This document shows positions 51,695 to 61,235 of a stretch of DNA of 64,000 nt, piece after piece. Made by a program: the position numbers and the translations under genes. Each line of letters opens with the position of its first letter. Position 1 is the stretch's first letter. This DNA is from an uncultured delta proteobacterium (GTDB lineage Bacteria > Desulfobacterota > WTBG01). The stretch lies in contig CAWCBP010000008.1 in assembly GCA_963793865.1 (NCBI GenBank), forward strand, positions 576,001-640,000, given 5' to 3'. The notes under the pieces are model-generated. The model did no database searches. It worked only from the letters and a program-made list of their open reading frames with translations, and was not told the DNA's origin.

Positions 51695-52504
51695 ATGGGC
51701 ATGGAAGAGGGATTGAAGCGGTTTGCGGGAAAGACAGTTCTGATAACCGGCGCGGGAAGCGGCATCGGCCGGGGCATTTCGCTTCGGCTGGCGCAGGAAG
51801 GAGCGGACATCGCCGTTTCTGATCTTGTCGCCGAAAGGGTGCAGGAGACGGTGCAGATGGTTGAGGCATGCGGTCAGAAGGCGCTGGCCCTGCCGGCTGA
51901 CGTGGGCAATTTACAGGAGATGGAGGGGGCGGCGCACAAGGCCATCGAGGTTTTCGGCAAGATTGACATTCTGGTCAATAATGCGGGAACCGGCGATACC
52001 AACATGTCCTTTGAGGACATTGAGCCCGAACTCTGGGACAGAGTTTATGCCACCAATGTGAGAGGACCTTTTTTCCTCACCAAGGTCATCGCCAAAGACA
52101 TGATCAGCAGGGGGATCAAGGGCAGGATAATCAACATCGCCTCCACGGAAGGAAAGACAAACCGGGCGGGAAGCCTCGCCTATGCCTCCTCCAAAAGTGC
52201 CTTAATCGGTCTTACCCAGGGGCTGGCCATTCAGTTTTCCCCCTATGATATAACCGTCAATGCCGTCTGCCCGGGACTGATTGACACGCCTATCTGGCAC
52301 CGTGGTGACAAGGTGATGGAACTCCCTCCGGGCAGCATGATTAAAATGGTGGTGGACACGGCCATCGAGCAGCGGCTGCTGAAGATAGCGCGGGTCGGCA
52401 CACCGGATGATATCGCCGGGGCAGTCTCTTTTCTTGCCTCGGAGGATGCGTCCTACATGACCGGCCAGGCGCTCAATGTCTGCGGCGGCATGGAATTCCA
52501 TTAG
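51695..52504 (+). CDS. classical SDR oxidoreductase
   Basis: TGAGSGIG, NNAG, YASSK, NAVCPG, YMTGQ. Confidence 0.93.
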   Translation: MGMEEGLKRFAGKTVLITGAGSGIGRGISLRLAQEGADIAVSDLVAERVQETVQMVEACGQKALALPADVGNLQEMEGAAHKAIEVFGKIDILVNNAGTGDTNMSFEDIEPELWDRVYATNVRGPFFLTKVIAKDMISRGIKGRIINIASTEGKTNRAGSLAYASSKSALIGLTQGLAIQFSPYDITVNAVCPGLIDTPIWHRGDKVMELPPGSMIKMVVDTAIEQRLLKIARVGTPDDIAGAVSFLASEDASYMTGQALNVCGGMEFH

Positions 52505-52840
52505 CAGGCTGTTGAAAAACACCAATCGATTTGTGGCTCAAGGGGGAGGGGCTTTGAAGCCACAACAATGTGTTTTTAGGCTTACGGCACGACCCGTTGC
52601 CTTACGAATTAAACCGCAGACAGGCGTCATGGACTTCGATAAAGCTACGGGTCTGTCGACAATAGCAGCTGTTGAATCCCATCTGCTGTAAAAACGCGTC
52701 CTTGTCTGGGTTTTGAAAGCCTGAAACCAGCAGGGAGATGCTGCCGTTCTACAGGTTCCGAATAATTTTGTTGTGGCTAAAAAGCCCCTCCCTTGAGCCT
52801 TTAACAGCCTTAAGGAAAACACTTTTTCAACAACCTGCTA
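52502..52840 (+). mobile_element. long MITE-like element with the family termini but different internal sequence
   Basis: tagcaggctgttgaaaaa ... tttttcaacaacctgcta; nested inverted repeats. Confidence 0.75.
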
Positions 52841-53479
52841 ATGTTGAGACCTGACCCCTCTAATGTGGTAGGCGAGAAGTGCTTCGAGCGATTTCTTTAC
52901 CTGCTTTCCAAATGAATTCTCACTTTCCTTGCGGGCGTAATCACTCACACCCTTGATGAGCTGAATGGGGATGCCGAAATTTCCGGCGACGAAGGCGTAC
53001 CCATACCCCTCCATGTCGACCAGGTGGGCGTAGCGCGCGGCGATACTGGCATCATCTTCAGTCAGGATGGGATGGTCGCTCGTGGCAAGGACTACTTCGC
53101 CCTCTGCCCGCTCATTCAGCCTGATCTCCGGGAAAGCGGACGTGAAGAACTTGTTGAACCGCGTTTTGGTGAATTCCACCGGATTGTATTTAACCACCCT
53201 GTCAACAGAGACGACCTCACCGAGTGAAAACCGTCCGGTTAAGGAGCCGGCTATCCCGTAATTGATTGCACGGGTAACCCGGTTTTCCCCCGTCTCATGC
53301 ATCTGCAGCGTGCGTGAAAGTGATACCGCCCCTTTCAGGAATCCCATGCCGGAAATGAGGAGCAGCAGCCCGTCCCCTCCATACGTGAGAGAGTGTCGAT
53401 GCGCTCCCAGACGGCTAAGCCGGTGGTAATCGATGAACGGCTGTGCCTCCAGCTCAGTGGCAAAGACCAGAAGCATCAT
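52838..53479 (-). CDS. mqnB: nucleosidase/phosphorylase-fold protein, probable (amino)futalosine hydrolase
   Basis: FATELEA, SGMG, NYGIAG, VDMEG, KGVSD; overlaps mqnD. Confidence 0.65.
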   Translation of the reverse strand: MMLLVFATELEAQPFIDYHRLSRLGAHRHSLTYGGDGLLLLISGMGFLKGAVSLSRTLQMHETGENRVTRAINYGIAGSLTGRFSLGEVVSVDRVVKYNPVEFTKTRFNKFFTSAFPEIRLNERAEGEVVLATSDHPILTEDDASIAARYAHLVDMEGYGYAFVAGNFGIPIQLIKGVSDYARKESENSFGKQVKKSLEALLAYHIRGVRSQH

Positions 53480-54273
53480 AGTGAAATCCCTTCCCCGAGC
53501 GAGAACAATTTCTCAAATGCCCTGTTTCCTTCACGGCCAAGTGACAGCGAGTACTCGTTGACATAGAGGTCGATGTGGCGGTTGAGCACTTCCGTCTCCA
53601 TCTCCTGGGCATGCTGCCTGATGAAAACGTAGAGAGGTGCATCGATGCATCCCTTTTCGGCCGAGGCTTTCAGGATGGACTCGCGCATCGCCGCGGTGAA
53701 ATCGCTGATGGTATCGGGAGGCAGGCTGCGCCGGGCAATAATTCCCCCGAGCGGCAGGGGCAGTCCTGTCTGCCCTTCCCACCAGACCCCCAGGTCCGCA
53801 ACTTCTTTCAGCCCGCAGCTTTTGTAAGTAAATCGTCCTTCATGAATGATGACCCCCAGGTCGATGCGCCCTTCTGACAGCGAGGGCATGATCCGGTTAA
53901 AGGGCATGAATTCCTTTTTGCCCCGGTTGTTCGCATAGAGGCTGTAAAGCAAATGCGCGGTGGTATGACGGCCGGGGATACCGATCCGCGCTTCGGACAG
54001 TGACGCTGGATATCCTTCCTCTCTGCTTACTATGAGCGGCCCGCAGTTCTTCCCCACCGCGGCACCAGCGTCGAGCAGCCGGTAGAAGTCCTGCACCTCG
54101 TATGCGGCATAGGATGAAGCCTTGGTGATGTCAAGCTCGTGGCGAAGCGCCATCCCGTTGAGTTCTTCAATGTCGGCAATGGTAAGGTCTATGTCGAAGC
54201 GACCGGCGTTGAGCAGGTGATAGAAGATGAAGGTGTCATTGGGGCAGGGCGATATGCCCACTTTTAGTTTCAC
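53476..54273 (-). CDS. mqnD: 1,4-dihydroxy-6-naphthoate synthase
   Basis: SPCPNDTFIF, ADIEELN, TTAHLL, IIHEGRF, LPLPLG, HIDLYVNEY. Confidence 0.95.
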   Translation of the reverse strand: MKLKVGISPCPNDTFIFYHLLNAGRFDIDLTIADIEELNGMALRHELDITKASSYAAYEVQDFYRLLDAGAAVGKNCGPLIVSREEGYPASLSEARIGIPGRHTTAHLLYSLYANNRGKKEFMPFNRIMPSLSEGRIDLGVIIHEGRFTYKSCGLKEVADLGVWWEGQTGLPLPLGGIIARRSLPPDTISDFTAAMRESILKASAEKGCIDAPLYVFIRQHAQEMETEVLNRHIDLYVNEYSLSLGREGNRAFEKLFSLGEGISL

Positions 54274-54395
54274 GGCCTGATCCTGAAAGAAGGCGGCATG
54301 TGCAGTGCGCTACTGCTTGCATTTCTGCTGTATGTATGGTAGCTTTTTTCCTACATTTAATGCCAATAACAGCCGTTGAGATATTTGCAATTCCG

Positions 54396-54446
54396 GTAGG
54401 AGCGCATTCATGCGCGATATAGTTCGCGGCGTAAAGCCGCTCCTAC
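54396..54446. repeat. REP family B doublet
   Basis: gtaggagcgc...gccgctcctac in the divergent mqn promoter region. Confidence 0.8.
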
Positions 54447-54525
54447 CAGCCGCAAGAAGTCCCGGGAGAGAATTTCCCGCAATTATATATGTAAGAATCC
54501 TGTAATTACAACAGTAAAGTGCCGT

Positions 54526-55962
54526 ATGAGCTTCAACAGTTTTCAGGAATTTCTTCGCCATCTGGAGGAGCAGGGCGAGCTGGTAAGAATTTCAGCCGAG
54601 GTCTCGGCGGAGCTGGAGATAACCGAGATCACCGACCGGGTTACCAAGGCGCAGGGTAAGGCGCTGCTGTTCGAAAGGGTGAGGGGTTCCCGCTTTCCCG
54701 TCGTGACCAATGCCTTCGGGAGCTTCAAACGGGTTGCCATGGCGCTCGGCCGGCCTCCCGATGAGATTGCCCGGAAGATTGAGTCGCTCATCACCCTGAA
54801 GGTGCCTCAGGGAATTATGGATAAAATGAAGCTGCTGCCGCGGCTGCTCGAGCTTGCCAAGATACCGCCTAAAATGGTGAGCAGCGCGCCCTGCCAGGAG
54901 GTGGTGCATACCGAGCCGGATCTCTCCATCATCCCCGCCCTCAAGTGCTGGCCCCGGGACGCGGGTAAATTTATAACCCTCCCCCTGGTGGTTACCAAAT
55001 CGCCCGAAGACGGGACCCGCAATATCGGCATGTACCGCATCCAGATATACGACAGGAACACCACCGGCATGCACTGGCAGATACACAAGGACGGGCGAAG
55101 CCATTTTTCCCAGTACGCCAGGGCCAAAAAGCGGATGGAGGCCGCCGTGATCATCGGCGGCGATCCCGCTACCATCTATGCCGCAACCGCACCGCTTCCG
55201 CCGGGGATTGATGAACTTCTCTTTGCCGGGTTTATCAGAAACAGGGGGGTGGAAATCGTCAGGTGTAAAACAATTGACCTTGAAGTGCCGGCGGAGGCGG
55301 AATTCGTCATAGAGGGGTATCTCGATCCTGACGAGAGGAGGACCGAGGGGCCTTTCGGAGACCACACCGGATTTTACTCGCCCGCGGAAGACTACCCGGT
55401 ATTTCACGTGACCTGCATAACCCACCGCAAAAATCCTGTATATCCCGCCACGGTTGTGGGACCTCCCCCCATGGAAGACGCCTTTCTTGCCAAGGCGACC
55501 GAGCGCATTTTTCTTCCCCTCATCAGAACCGTCGTCCCCGAGCTGGTTGACATGAACCTTCCCGTGGAAGGGGCGTTTCACAACTGCGCCATTGTTTCCA
55601 TTAACAAGTCCTATCCCATGCAGGCACAAAAGGTGATGCACGCGCTCTGGGGAATGGGCCAGATGATGAACACCAAGATGATCATCGCGGTCGACGGGGA
55701 TGTGAACGTGCAGGACCTGCGCGAAGTCTCCTGGAAGGCATTCAACAATGTTGATCCGGCACGGGACCTTACCATTACCGCCGGTCCCCTTGACGCCCTC
55801 GACCATTCCTCGCCCTATCCCCTGCGCGGCTCCAAGGTAGGGGTCGACGCAACCCGGAAAATCGAGGGAGAGACCGGCCGTGCATGGCCTGAAGAAATCA
55901 GGATGAGTGAAGAGATCATACGGCTGGTGGGTGATAAATGGAACGAGTATGGCATTCCTTAA
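54526..55962 (+). CDS. mqnL: menaquinone biosynthesis decarboxylase (UbiD family)
   Basis: NIGMYRIQ, MHWQIHK, EGPFGDHTGFY, PPMED, LWGMGQM, DAT.K. Confidence 0.92.
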   Translation: MSFNSFQEFLRHLEEQGELVRISAEVSAELEITEITDRVTKAQGKALLFERVRGSRFPVVTNAFGSFKRVAMALGRPPDEIARKIESLITLKVPQGIMDKMKLLPRLLELAKIPPKMVSSAPCQEVVHTEPDLSIIPALKCWPRDAGKFITLPLVVTKSPEDGTRNIGMYRIQIYDRNTTGMHWQIHKDGRSHFSQYARAKKRMEAAVIIGGDPATIYAATAPLPPGIDELLFAGFIRNRGVEIVRCKTIDLEVPAEAEFVIEGYLDPDERRTEGPFGDHTGFYSPAEDYPVFHVTCITHRKNPVYPATVVGPPPMEDAFLAKATERIFLPLIRTVVPELVDMNLPVEGAFHNCAIVSINKSYPMQAQKVMHALWGMGQMMNTKMIIAVDGDVNVQDLREVSWKAFNNVDPARDLTITAGPLDALDHSSPYPLRGSKVGVDATRKIEGETGRAWPEEIRMSEEIIRLVGDKWNEYGIP

Positions 55963-56785
55963 GCTGATACGGGTCAGGGAAACGGTTTTTTCCCTGCCGC
56001 TCGCCTATATAGGAATGCTGATGGTGGCGGAGGCCCTGCCGCCTCCGCGGACCTGGATCTTCGTGACCACGGCCCTGGTGAGCGCGCGAACACTGGGGAT
56101 GTGCCTCAACAGGATACTGGATAAGGCTCTGGACGCGCAAAACCCCCGCACGGCGCACCGGCTGCTTCCCTCGGGAGAAATGACGGTGTCCGCCGTGCTC
56201 CCGTATGTGGCGGGGTCCGCCATCGTTTTTGTGGTGTCCGCCTACCTTCTCAACCCGCTCTGCTTTTACCTTTCATTCCCCGCGCTTTTCATGCTGCTCA
56301 CCTATTCGCTGGTGAAGCGGTTTTCCTCGCTCTCCCATTTCCACCTCGGCCTGACCGAGGCCTGCGCCCCCATAGGCGGAGCGCTGGCGGTCGATCCCCG
56401 GTTTACACTGCCGGTTCTGCTCATGGGGTGCTACATGATCTTCTGGATCGCGGGGTTTGACATCATCTACTCCTGCCAGGACCGGGAGTTTGACCGGACG
56501 CACCGCCTTTTTTCCATCCCCGTGCGCTATGGGCTGAAGAAGACGCTTGCCATCTCGGCGGTGCTGCACGCTGCCGCGGTTGTCCTGCTGATCCTGATCG
56601 GCTTGATTATTAAGGCGCATCCGCTGTACTTTGTCCCCCTGCTGGCGGTCTGCGGCTTTTTTATCCGGCAGCACACCCTGGTCTCGGCATCCGATCTGAG
56701 CAGGCTGCAGGTGGCGTTTTTCAGCATGAATCGCAATATCTCCTTCGCGGTGCTGCTCGCCTTCCTGCTCAATTTTATTTTTTAG
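55949..56785 (+). CDS. mqnP: UbiA-family polyprenyltransferase
   Basis: NRILDKALDAQNPRT..R, YSLVKRF, GFDIIYSCQD..FD. Confidence 0.9.
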   Translation: MAFLKLIRVRETVFSLPLAYIGMLMVAEALPPPRTWIFVTTALVSARTLGMCLNRILDKALDAQNPRTAHRLLPSGEMTVSAVLPYVAGSAIVFVVSAYLLNPLCFYLSFPALFMLLTYSLVKRFSSLSHFHLGLTEACAPIGGALAVDPRFTLPVLLMGCYMIFWIAGFDIIYSCQDREFDRTHRLFSIPVRYGLKKTLAISAVLHAAAVVLLILIGLIIKAHPLYFVPLLAVCGFFIRQHTLVSASDLSRLQVAFFSMNRNISFAVLLAFLLNFIF

Positions 56786-56813
56786 CAGGCGGTGGGATTT
56801 CTCTGACGTAAGG

Positions 56814-56838
56814 GTAGGAGCGGCTTTCAGCCGCGAAT
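56814..56838. repeat. REP family B singlet
   Basis: gtaggagcggctttcagccgcgaat. Confidence 0.75.
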
Positions 56839-56850
56839 AAATAGACTGCT

Positions 56851-57933
56851 ATGGACAGCGACCTTCTTCGCATCAAGGAAAAAGTAACCTCAGGCGAGCG
56901 GCTTGACGCCCGGGACGGTCTCGCCCTCTTTTCCACGGATGACCTCTTCGGGTTGGGAAAGCTTGCCAATATCGTCAAGGAAAGGCTGCACGGGAACAGG
57001 GTCTATTTCGGCGTCAGCCTCAACATCAATCACACCAACATCTGCATGTTGCGCTGCCCCATCTGTGCGTTCTCAACCGACGAGGGCGCGCCTGACGCCT
57101 TTCTCCTCTCGCAGGAAGAAATTGTGGAGCGGGTCGCTGCTGCTCATTCCCGCGGTGTCTCCGAGGTGCACATCGTGGGGGGATTGCACCGGGACATCAG
57201 CCTGGCATATTTTACCCGGCTTTTCAGCCGGCTGCGGCAGCTCGACCCCCTGCTGAATATCAACGCGCTTACCGCAACTGAATGCGATTACCTGAGCAGG
57301 AAGGAGCAGGTGCCCCTTCCCGAACTCTTTGCCAGTCTCAAGGAATCCGGTTTGGGCAGCATGCCCGGCGGCGGCGCAGAAATCCTGGACGACACGATAC
57401 GGGGGGTGATAACGCCCTTAAAAATCGGAAGCTACCGCTGGCTGGAGGTGAGCAGGGAGGCGCACCTGGCAGGCATCAGGACCAATGCCACCATGCTCTG
57501 GGGTCATGTCGAGTCTTACCAGGACCGGATTCAGCACATGCTCAGGCTGCGTGTCCTGCAGGACGAGACGGGCGGCTTTAAGGCCTTTGTTCCGCTCATC
57601 TTTCATCCCGACAACACCCGCCTGTCCCATCTTAAAAAGGTGAGCAGCGCCGCGGAAATGCTCAAGGTCTACGCTGTGAGCAGACTGATGCTTGATAACT
57701 TTGCGCACATAAAGGCACTGTGGATGTACCTCGGACTCAAGTTTGCCGGCGTGACTCTCCGCTTCGGGGCGGATGACATGGGAGGCACTTCCTTCGATGA
57801 GCGGATCGTGCATGCGGCGGGGTCGACGTCGAGTGTTGCTTCCAAAGATGCGCTGGTGCATCAGATTCGCTCCATGGGCCTTGTCCCTTGCGAGGCGGAT
57901 TCAAATTACCGGATGACGGATAAAGATGCGTAA
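56851..57933 (+). CDS. mqnE: aminofutalosine synthase (radical SAM)
   Basis: TNICMLRCPIC, EVHIVGG, PGGGAEI, NATML.GH.E, HIKA.W. Confidence 0.92.
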   Translation: MDSDLLRIKEKVTSGERLDARDGLALFSTDDLFGLGKLANIVKERLHGNRVYFGVSLNINHTNICMLRCPICAFSTDEGAPDAFLLSQEEIVERVAAAHSRGVSEVHIVGGLHRDISLAYFTRLFSRLRQLDPLLNINALTATECDYLSRKEQVPLPELFASLKESGLGSMPGGGAEILDDTIRGVITPLKIGSYRWLEVSREAHLAGIRTNATMLWGHVESYQDRIQHMLRLRVLQDETGGFKAFVPLIFHPDNTRLSHLKKVSSAAEMLKVYAVSRLMLDNFAHIKALWMYLGLKFAGVTLRFGADDMGGTSFDERIVHAAGSTSSVASKDALVHQIRSMGLVPCEADSNYRMTDKDA

Positions 57934-58759
57934 ACTGGCGGTAGGTCAGATAAACTACGTCAATAGCTATCCCCTTTTTTACACCATTATCCGGGAGCGT
58001 GATTCCCTTCCCTTTGATGTGGTGACCGGAGTTCCGGCTGTCCTGAACGCGATGATGCGGAGGGGCGAGCTGGATGTGTCCCTTGTCTCCTCGTTTGAAT
58101 ATACCCAGGCGCAGGACCGGTATCTCATTCACCGGGACTTCTGCCTGGCTTCGGTCGGCTACGTCAATTCCGTCCTGCTCGTCTCCGGCAGGGCCATTGA
58201 GGATTTGAACGGAGCCGCCATCGGGCTCAGTCCGGCGAGCGGTACCAGCAGCAATCTTATTCGCATCATACTGAAGGAGTTCTATGGTTTTACCAACCAC
58301 TTTCGCCCTGTCGCGGACCCTGCTGATTTTAGCGGGAGCCTGAAGGCGCATGATGCCGTTCTCATGATCGGGGATGATGCCCTGCGGTTTGACGGGCGGG
58401 ATAACTGCCGTGTGTATGATATCGGCAAGCTCTGGACGGAGAAGACCGGGCATCCGGTGGTATTTGCCGTCGTTGCGGTCAATGCCGTTTCTGCAGCTGA
58501 AAAGAAGGACCTGCTCAGTCTCTTTTTTCAGAAGCTCAACCAGTCCCACGAGTTCTTTGCGGGGCACCCGGAAGAGATTGCCGCGTATGCCCGATCCCGA
58601 AGCACGCTCGCGCTTAACTTCGGTGAATATTATTCCCATCTCACCTACAAGTTCACCCCTGAGCTGAAAGCAGGGCTGCTGTACTACTACCGGATGCTGG
58701 CCAAGCACGACCTCGCGCCGCCGGTGGAGAGGATACGGTACTATGATGAAAAAGCGTAA
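57926..58759 (+). CDS. mqnA: chorismate dehydratase
   Basis: INYVNSYP, PAVLN, VNSVLL, SGTS, IGDDAL, WTEKTG.P.VFA. Confidence 0.92.
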   Translation: MRKLAVGQINYVNSYPLFYTIIRERDSLPFDVVTGVPAVLNAMMRRGELDVSLVSSFEYTQAQDRYLIHRDFCLASVGYVNSVLLVSGRAIEDLNGAAIGLSPASGTSSNLIRIILKEFYGFTNHFRPVADPADFSGSLKAHDAVLMIGDDALRFDGRDNCRVYDIGKLWTEKTGHPVVFAVVAVNAVSAAEKKDLLSLFFQKLNQSHEFFAGHPEEIAAYARSRSTLALNFGEYYSHLTYKFTPELKAGLLYYYRMLAKHDLAPPVERIRYYDEKA

Positions 58760-59795
58760 ACCCGCCGGGATGGGAAGAGAGGGAGCACTGTCGCTCTTCA
58801 GGGAGGATATCTACACCCTGGCGGAGCAGGCCACTGCCATGAAGCGGGCGGTTCTGGGACCCCGTGCTGAGTACGCCTGTTTTATCATCGATAGAAACAT
58901 TAATTTTACCAACATCTGCTCTGCCCGCTGTAACTTCTGTGCCTTCTACCGCGATGGCGACGATCCCGAGGCATTTACCCTGAGCCTCGATCAAATTCTG
59001 GAAAAGGTGGGCGAACTGCAGCGGCTGGGAGGGACACAGGTGATGATCCAGGGCGGGCTGGACAAGCGCTTCGGTCTCTCTTTTTACAAGTCCATCATTG
59101 CCGCCATCAGGAAACAGTATCCATCCATCTACATTCATTCCTTCTCTCCCGCCGAGGTGAGCTACCTCTCGAAGACAGAAAACCGTCCCGTTTTGGACAT
59201 TCTCCGCGAGCTGAAGGATGCGGGACTGCAGTCGCTGCCCGGGGCCGCCGAGATACTGGTCGATGAGCACCGCAGGCTGGTGAGCCCGCACAAGCTCACC
59301 ACCGCCGAGTGGCTTGAGGTGATGGAGTGCGTGCACAAGGCGGGCATGCGGGCCACTGCGACCATGACCTTCGGCATGGGCGAGACGCTTGCGGACAGAA
59401 TTGAGCACCTCTTCCTTATCCGCGAGCTGCAGGACAGGACCGGCGTGTTCAGGGCATTCATTCCCTGGACGTTTTCAAAGCCCCATACCCGCCTCGAGGT
59501 AGAAGAAACCACGGGAGAGGATTATCTCAAAACGGTGGCGGTATCACGCCTGGTGCTCGATAATGTTGCCCATGTGCACGCGGGTTGGGTTACCGAGGGG
59601 TTTCAGCTTTCGGAGATGGCCCTGCGCATGGGGGCGAGCGACATGGGCGGCATACTGATGGAGGAGAACGTGGTGAAGGCGACCGGTACCACCTATACCA
59701 CCTCCCGGGAGCTCATGATAGAGGTGATAAAAAACGCCGGCCTCAAGCCGGCCATTCGCGACAGCGAGTACACTATAGTAAGGGAATGCGATTGA
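58743..59795 (+). CDS. mqnC: cyclic dehypoxanthine futalosine synthase (radical SAM)
   Basis: IDRNINFTNICSARCNFCAF, QGG, TATM, FIPW, MEENVV. Confidence 0.95.
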   Translation: MMKKRKPAGMGREGALSLFREDIYTLAEQATAMKRAVLGPRAEYACFIIDRNINFTNICSARCNFCAFYRDGDDPEAFTLSLDQILEKVGELQRLGGTQVMIQGGLDKRFGLSFYKSIIAAIRKQYPSIYIHSFSPAEVSYLSKTENRPVLDILRELKDAGLQSLPGAAEILVDEHRRLVSPHKLTTAEWLEVMECVHKAGMRATATMTFGMGETLADRIEHLFLIRELQDRTGVFRAFIPWTFSKPHTRLEVEETTGEDYLKTVAVSRLVLDNVAHVHAGWVTEGFQLSEMALRMGASDMGGILMEENVVKATGTTYTTSRELMIEVIKNAGLKPAIRDSEYTIVRECD

Positions 59796-59885
59796 AGTAG
59801 ATGAACCGCGATTATTGCACACGGATGATTGATTATTGTTGTTTCGTTTGTTAATATACCCCTGCTTGATTAACTGATTAGCTTC

Positions 59886-61220
59886 ATGGAGGGACAGAAA
59901 ATGTTCGACTGCGATGTGATGGTGGTGGGGTGCGGGCCGGCGGGTTTGATGGCGGTGGCTGAACTGAAGGAAAAGGGAATCAACGTGCTCGGTGTGGATA
60001 AGAAACCGCGGCTCGACGTCAACGTGAGATCCGCCTCGGGGTTTTTTATCGACGGCCAGGAGATGAACGGAGAATACATTCAACTGGAACCGCTTAAAGG
60101 GAAAACCAGGATTAATTTCACCACATGCGGATTCTCCCTTGAGTATTCAAGCCCCATGGAGGGAATCCATCATACGCACATGATTTCCAATACCGGAAGC
60201 CATTTTCAAGCCACCTCGCGGGTGAAACCGCTCTATCATACCTTTAATCCCACCACGTGGCTCTCCGATCGCTACAAGCGGGCGAAGGGGCTGGGCGTTC
60301 CCTTCCTGACCGGCACCCTGGCCATACGGGCGCAGGAAATACCGGGCGGGGTGGAGGTAACCTTGCGGGCTAAGGGTAAGGTCTTCACTAAAACCTGCAG
60401 GAAGCTTATAGCCTCCGATGGATTGCAGTCACGGATTACCAGGAATCTCGGTTTGAACCGGGAGCGTATCTTCTTCATGAAGGGGCCGACCATTGAATAC
60501 GAGATGATCAATGTTGAGTGCCCGCTCGACCGGGGGGATATGTACTTCACCGGCGAAAACAACCTCGGGTCGCCCGGCGGCCTCATTGCGGTTCCCAGTC
60601 CGCGCGGCGACGGCGCGTACCGGTTCGAGACCATGTCGGCCCTGCCGGGAAAAACCGGCTATGACATGATTGAATTCTTTACCACCAGGAGTCCCATGGC
60701 CGGCTGGTTCAGAAAGGCTGAAGTGGTGGAAAAAAGCGGTGCGATTGTTGAGGTGTTCACGCCCCTTAAAACCCCTTACCGTGGGAACATCCTGATCGTG
60801 GGTGATGCGGCCTGCTATGCCGAGTGTCTCTATCAGGGCGCCACCATGTGCGGGTACATGGCGGCCAAAGCTGCGGAGGAGGAACTGCAGGGCAAAAAAG
60901 GTTTCGTGGAATATGCCGGCTGGTGGAACTCAACCTTCGAGTGGAATAAGAATCCCAAACGCATGGCCGATTACGGCAAGCGCGTCTTCTTCAACCGCTT
61001 TTTCACCTCGGACGAGCTTGATTTCCTTTTCAACCTTACAAAGAAGTACCCCGTTATTGCAGATGAGCTGGGGGGAGGCGTGTACGATTACACCCACGTG
61101 ATCGCCGATTACTTCATCGGCCTTCCCGAGGTGCCGCAGGAACTAAAGGAAAGACTGAAAAAGATAAAAGAAGCGGACATGGGCCAAATCCAGGCCCTGG
61201 TCAGCAAGCGGAAGGATTAG
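59886..61220 (+). CDS. geranylgeranyl-reductase-like FAD oxidoreductase (paralog 3)
   Basis: VVGCGPAG, IASDG, VGDAA, GA.MCG..AA, Y..WW. Confidence 0.8.
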   Translation: MEGQKMFDCDVMVVGCGPAGLMAVAELKEKGINVLGVDKKPRLDVNVRSASGFFIDGQEMNGEYIQLEPLKGKTRINFTTCGFSLEYSSPMEGIHHTHMISNTGSHFQATSRVKPLYHTFNPTTWLSDRYKRAKGLGVPFLTGTLAIRAQEIPGGVEVTLRAKGKVFTKTCRKLIASDGLQSRITRNLGLNRERIFFMKGPTIEYEMINVECPLDRGDMYFTGENNLGSPGGLIAVPSPRGDGAYRFETMSALPGKTGYDMIEFFTTRSPMAGWFRKAEVVEKSGAIVEVFTPLKTPYRGNILIVGDAACYAECLYQGATMCGYMAAKAAEEELQGKKGFVEYAGWWNSTFEWNKNPKRMADYGKRVFFNRFFTSDELDFLFNLTKKYPVIADELGGGVYDYTHVIADYFIGLPEVPQELKERLKKIKEADMGQIQALVSKRKD

Positions 61221-61235
61221 CAGAAGAAAACCAGG

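Noticed and set aside
54592..55806. Long antisense ORFs (also 40776-41888, 49424-50296, 57737-58708, 30326-31072)
   Set aside because: Shadow frames of well-supported genes in GC-rich DNA, with no motifs
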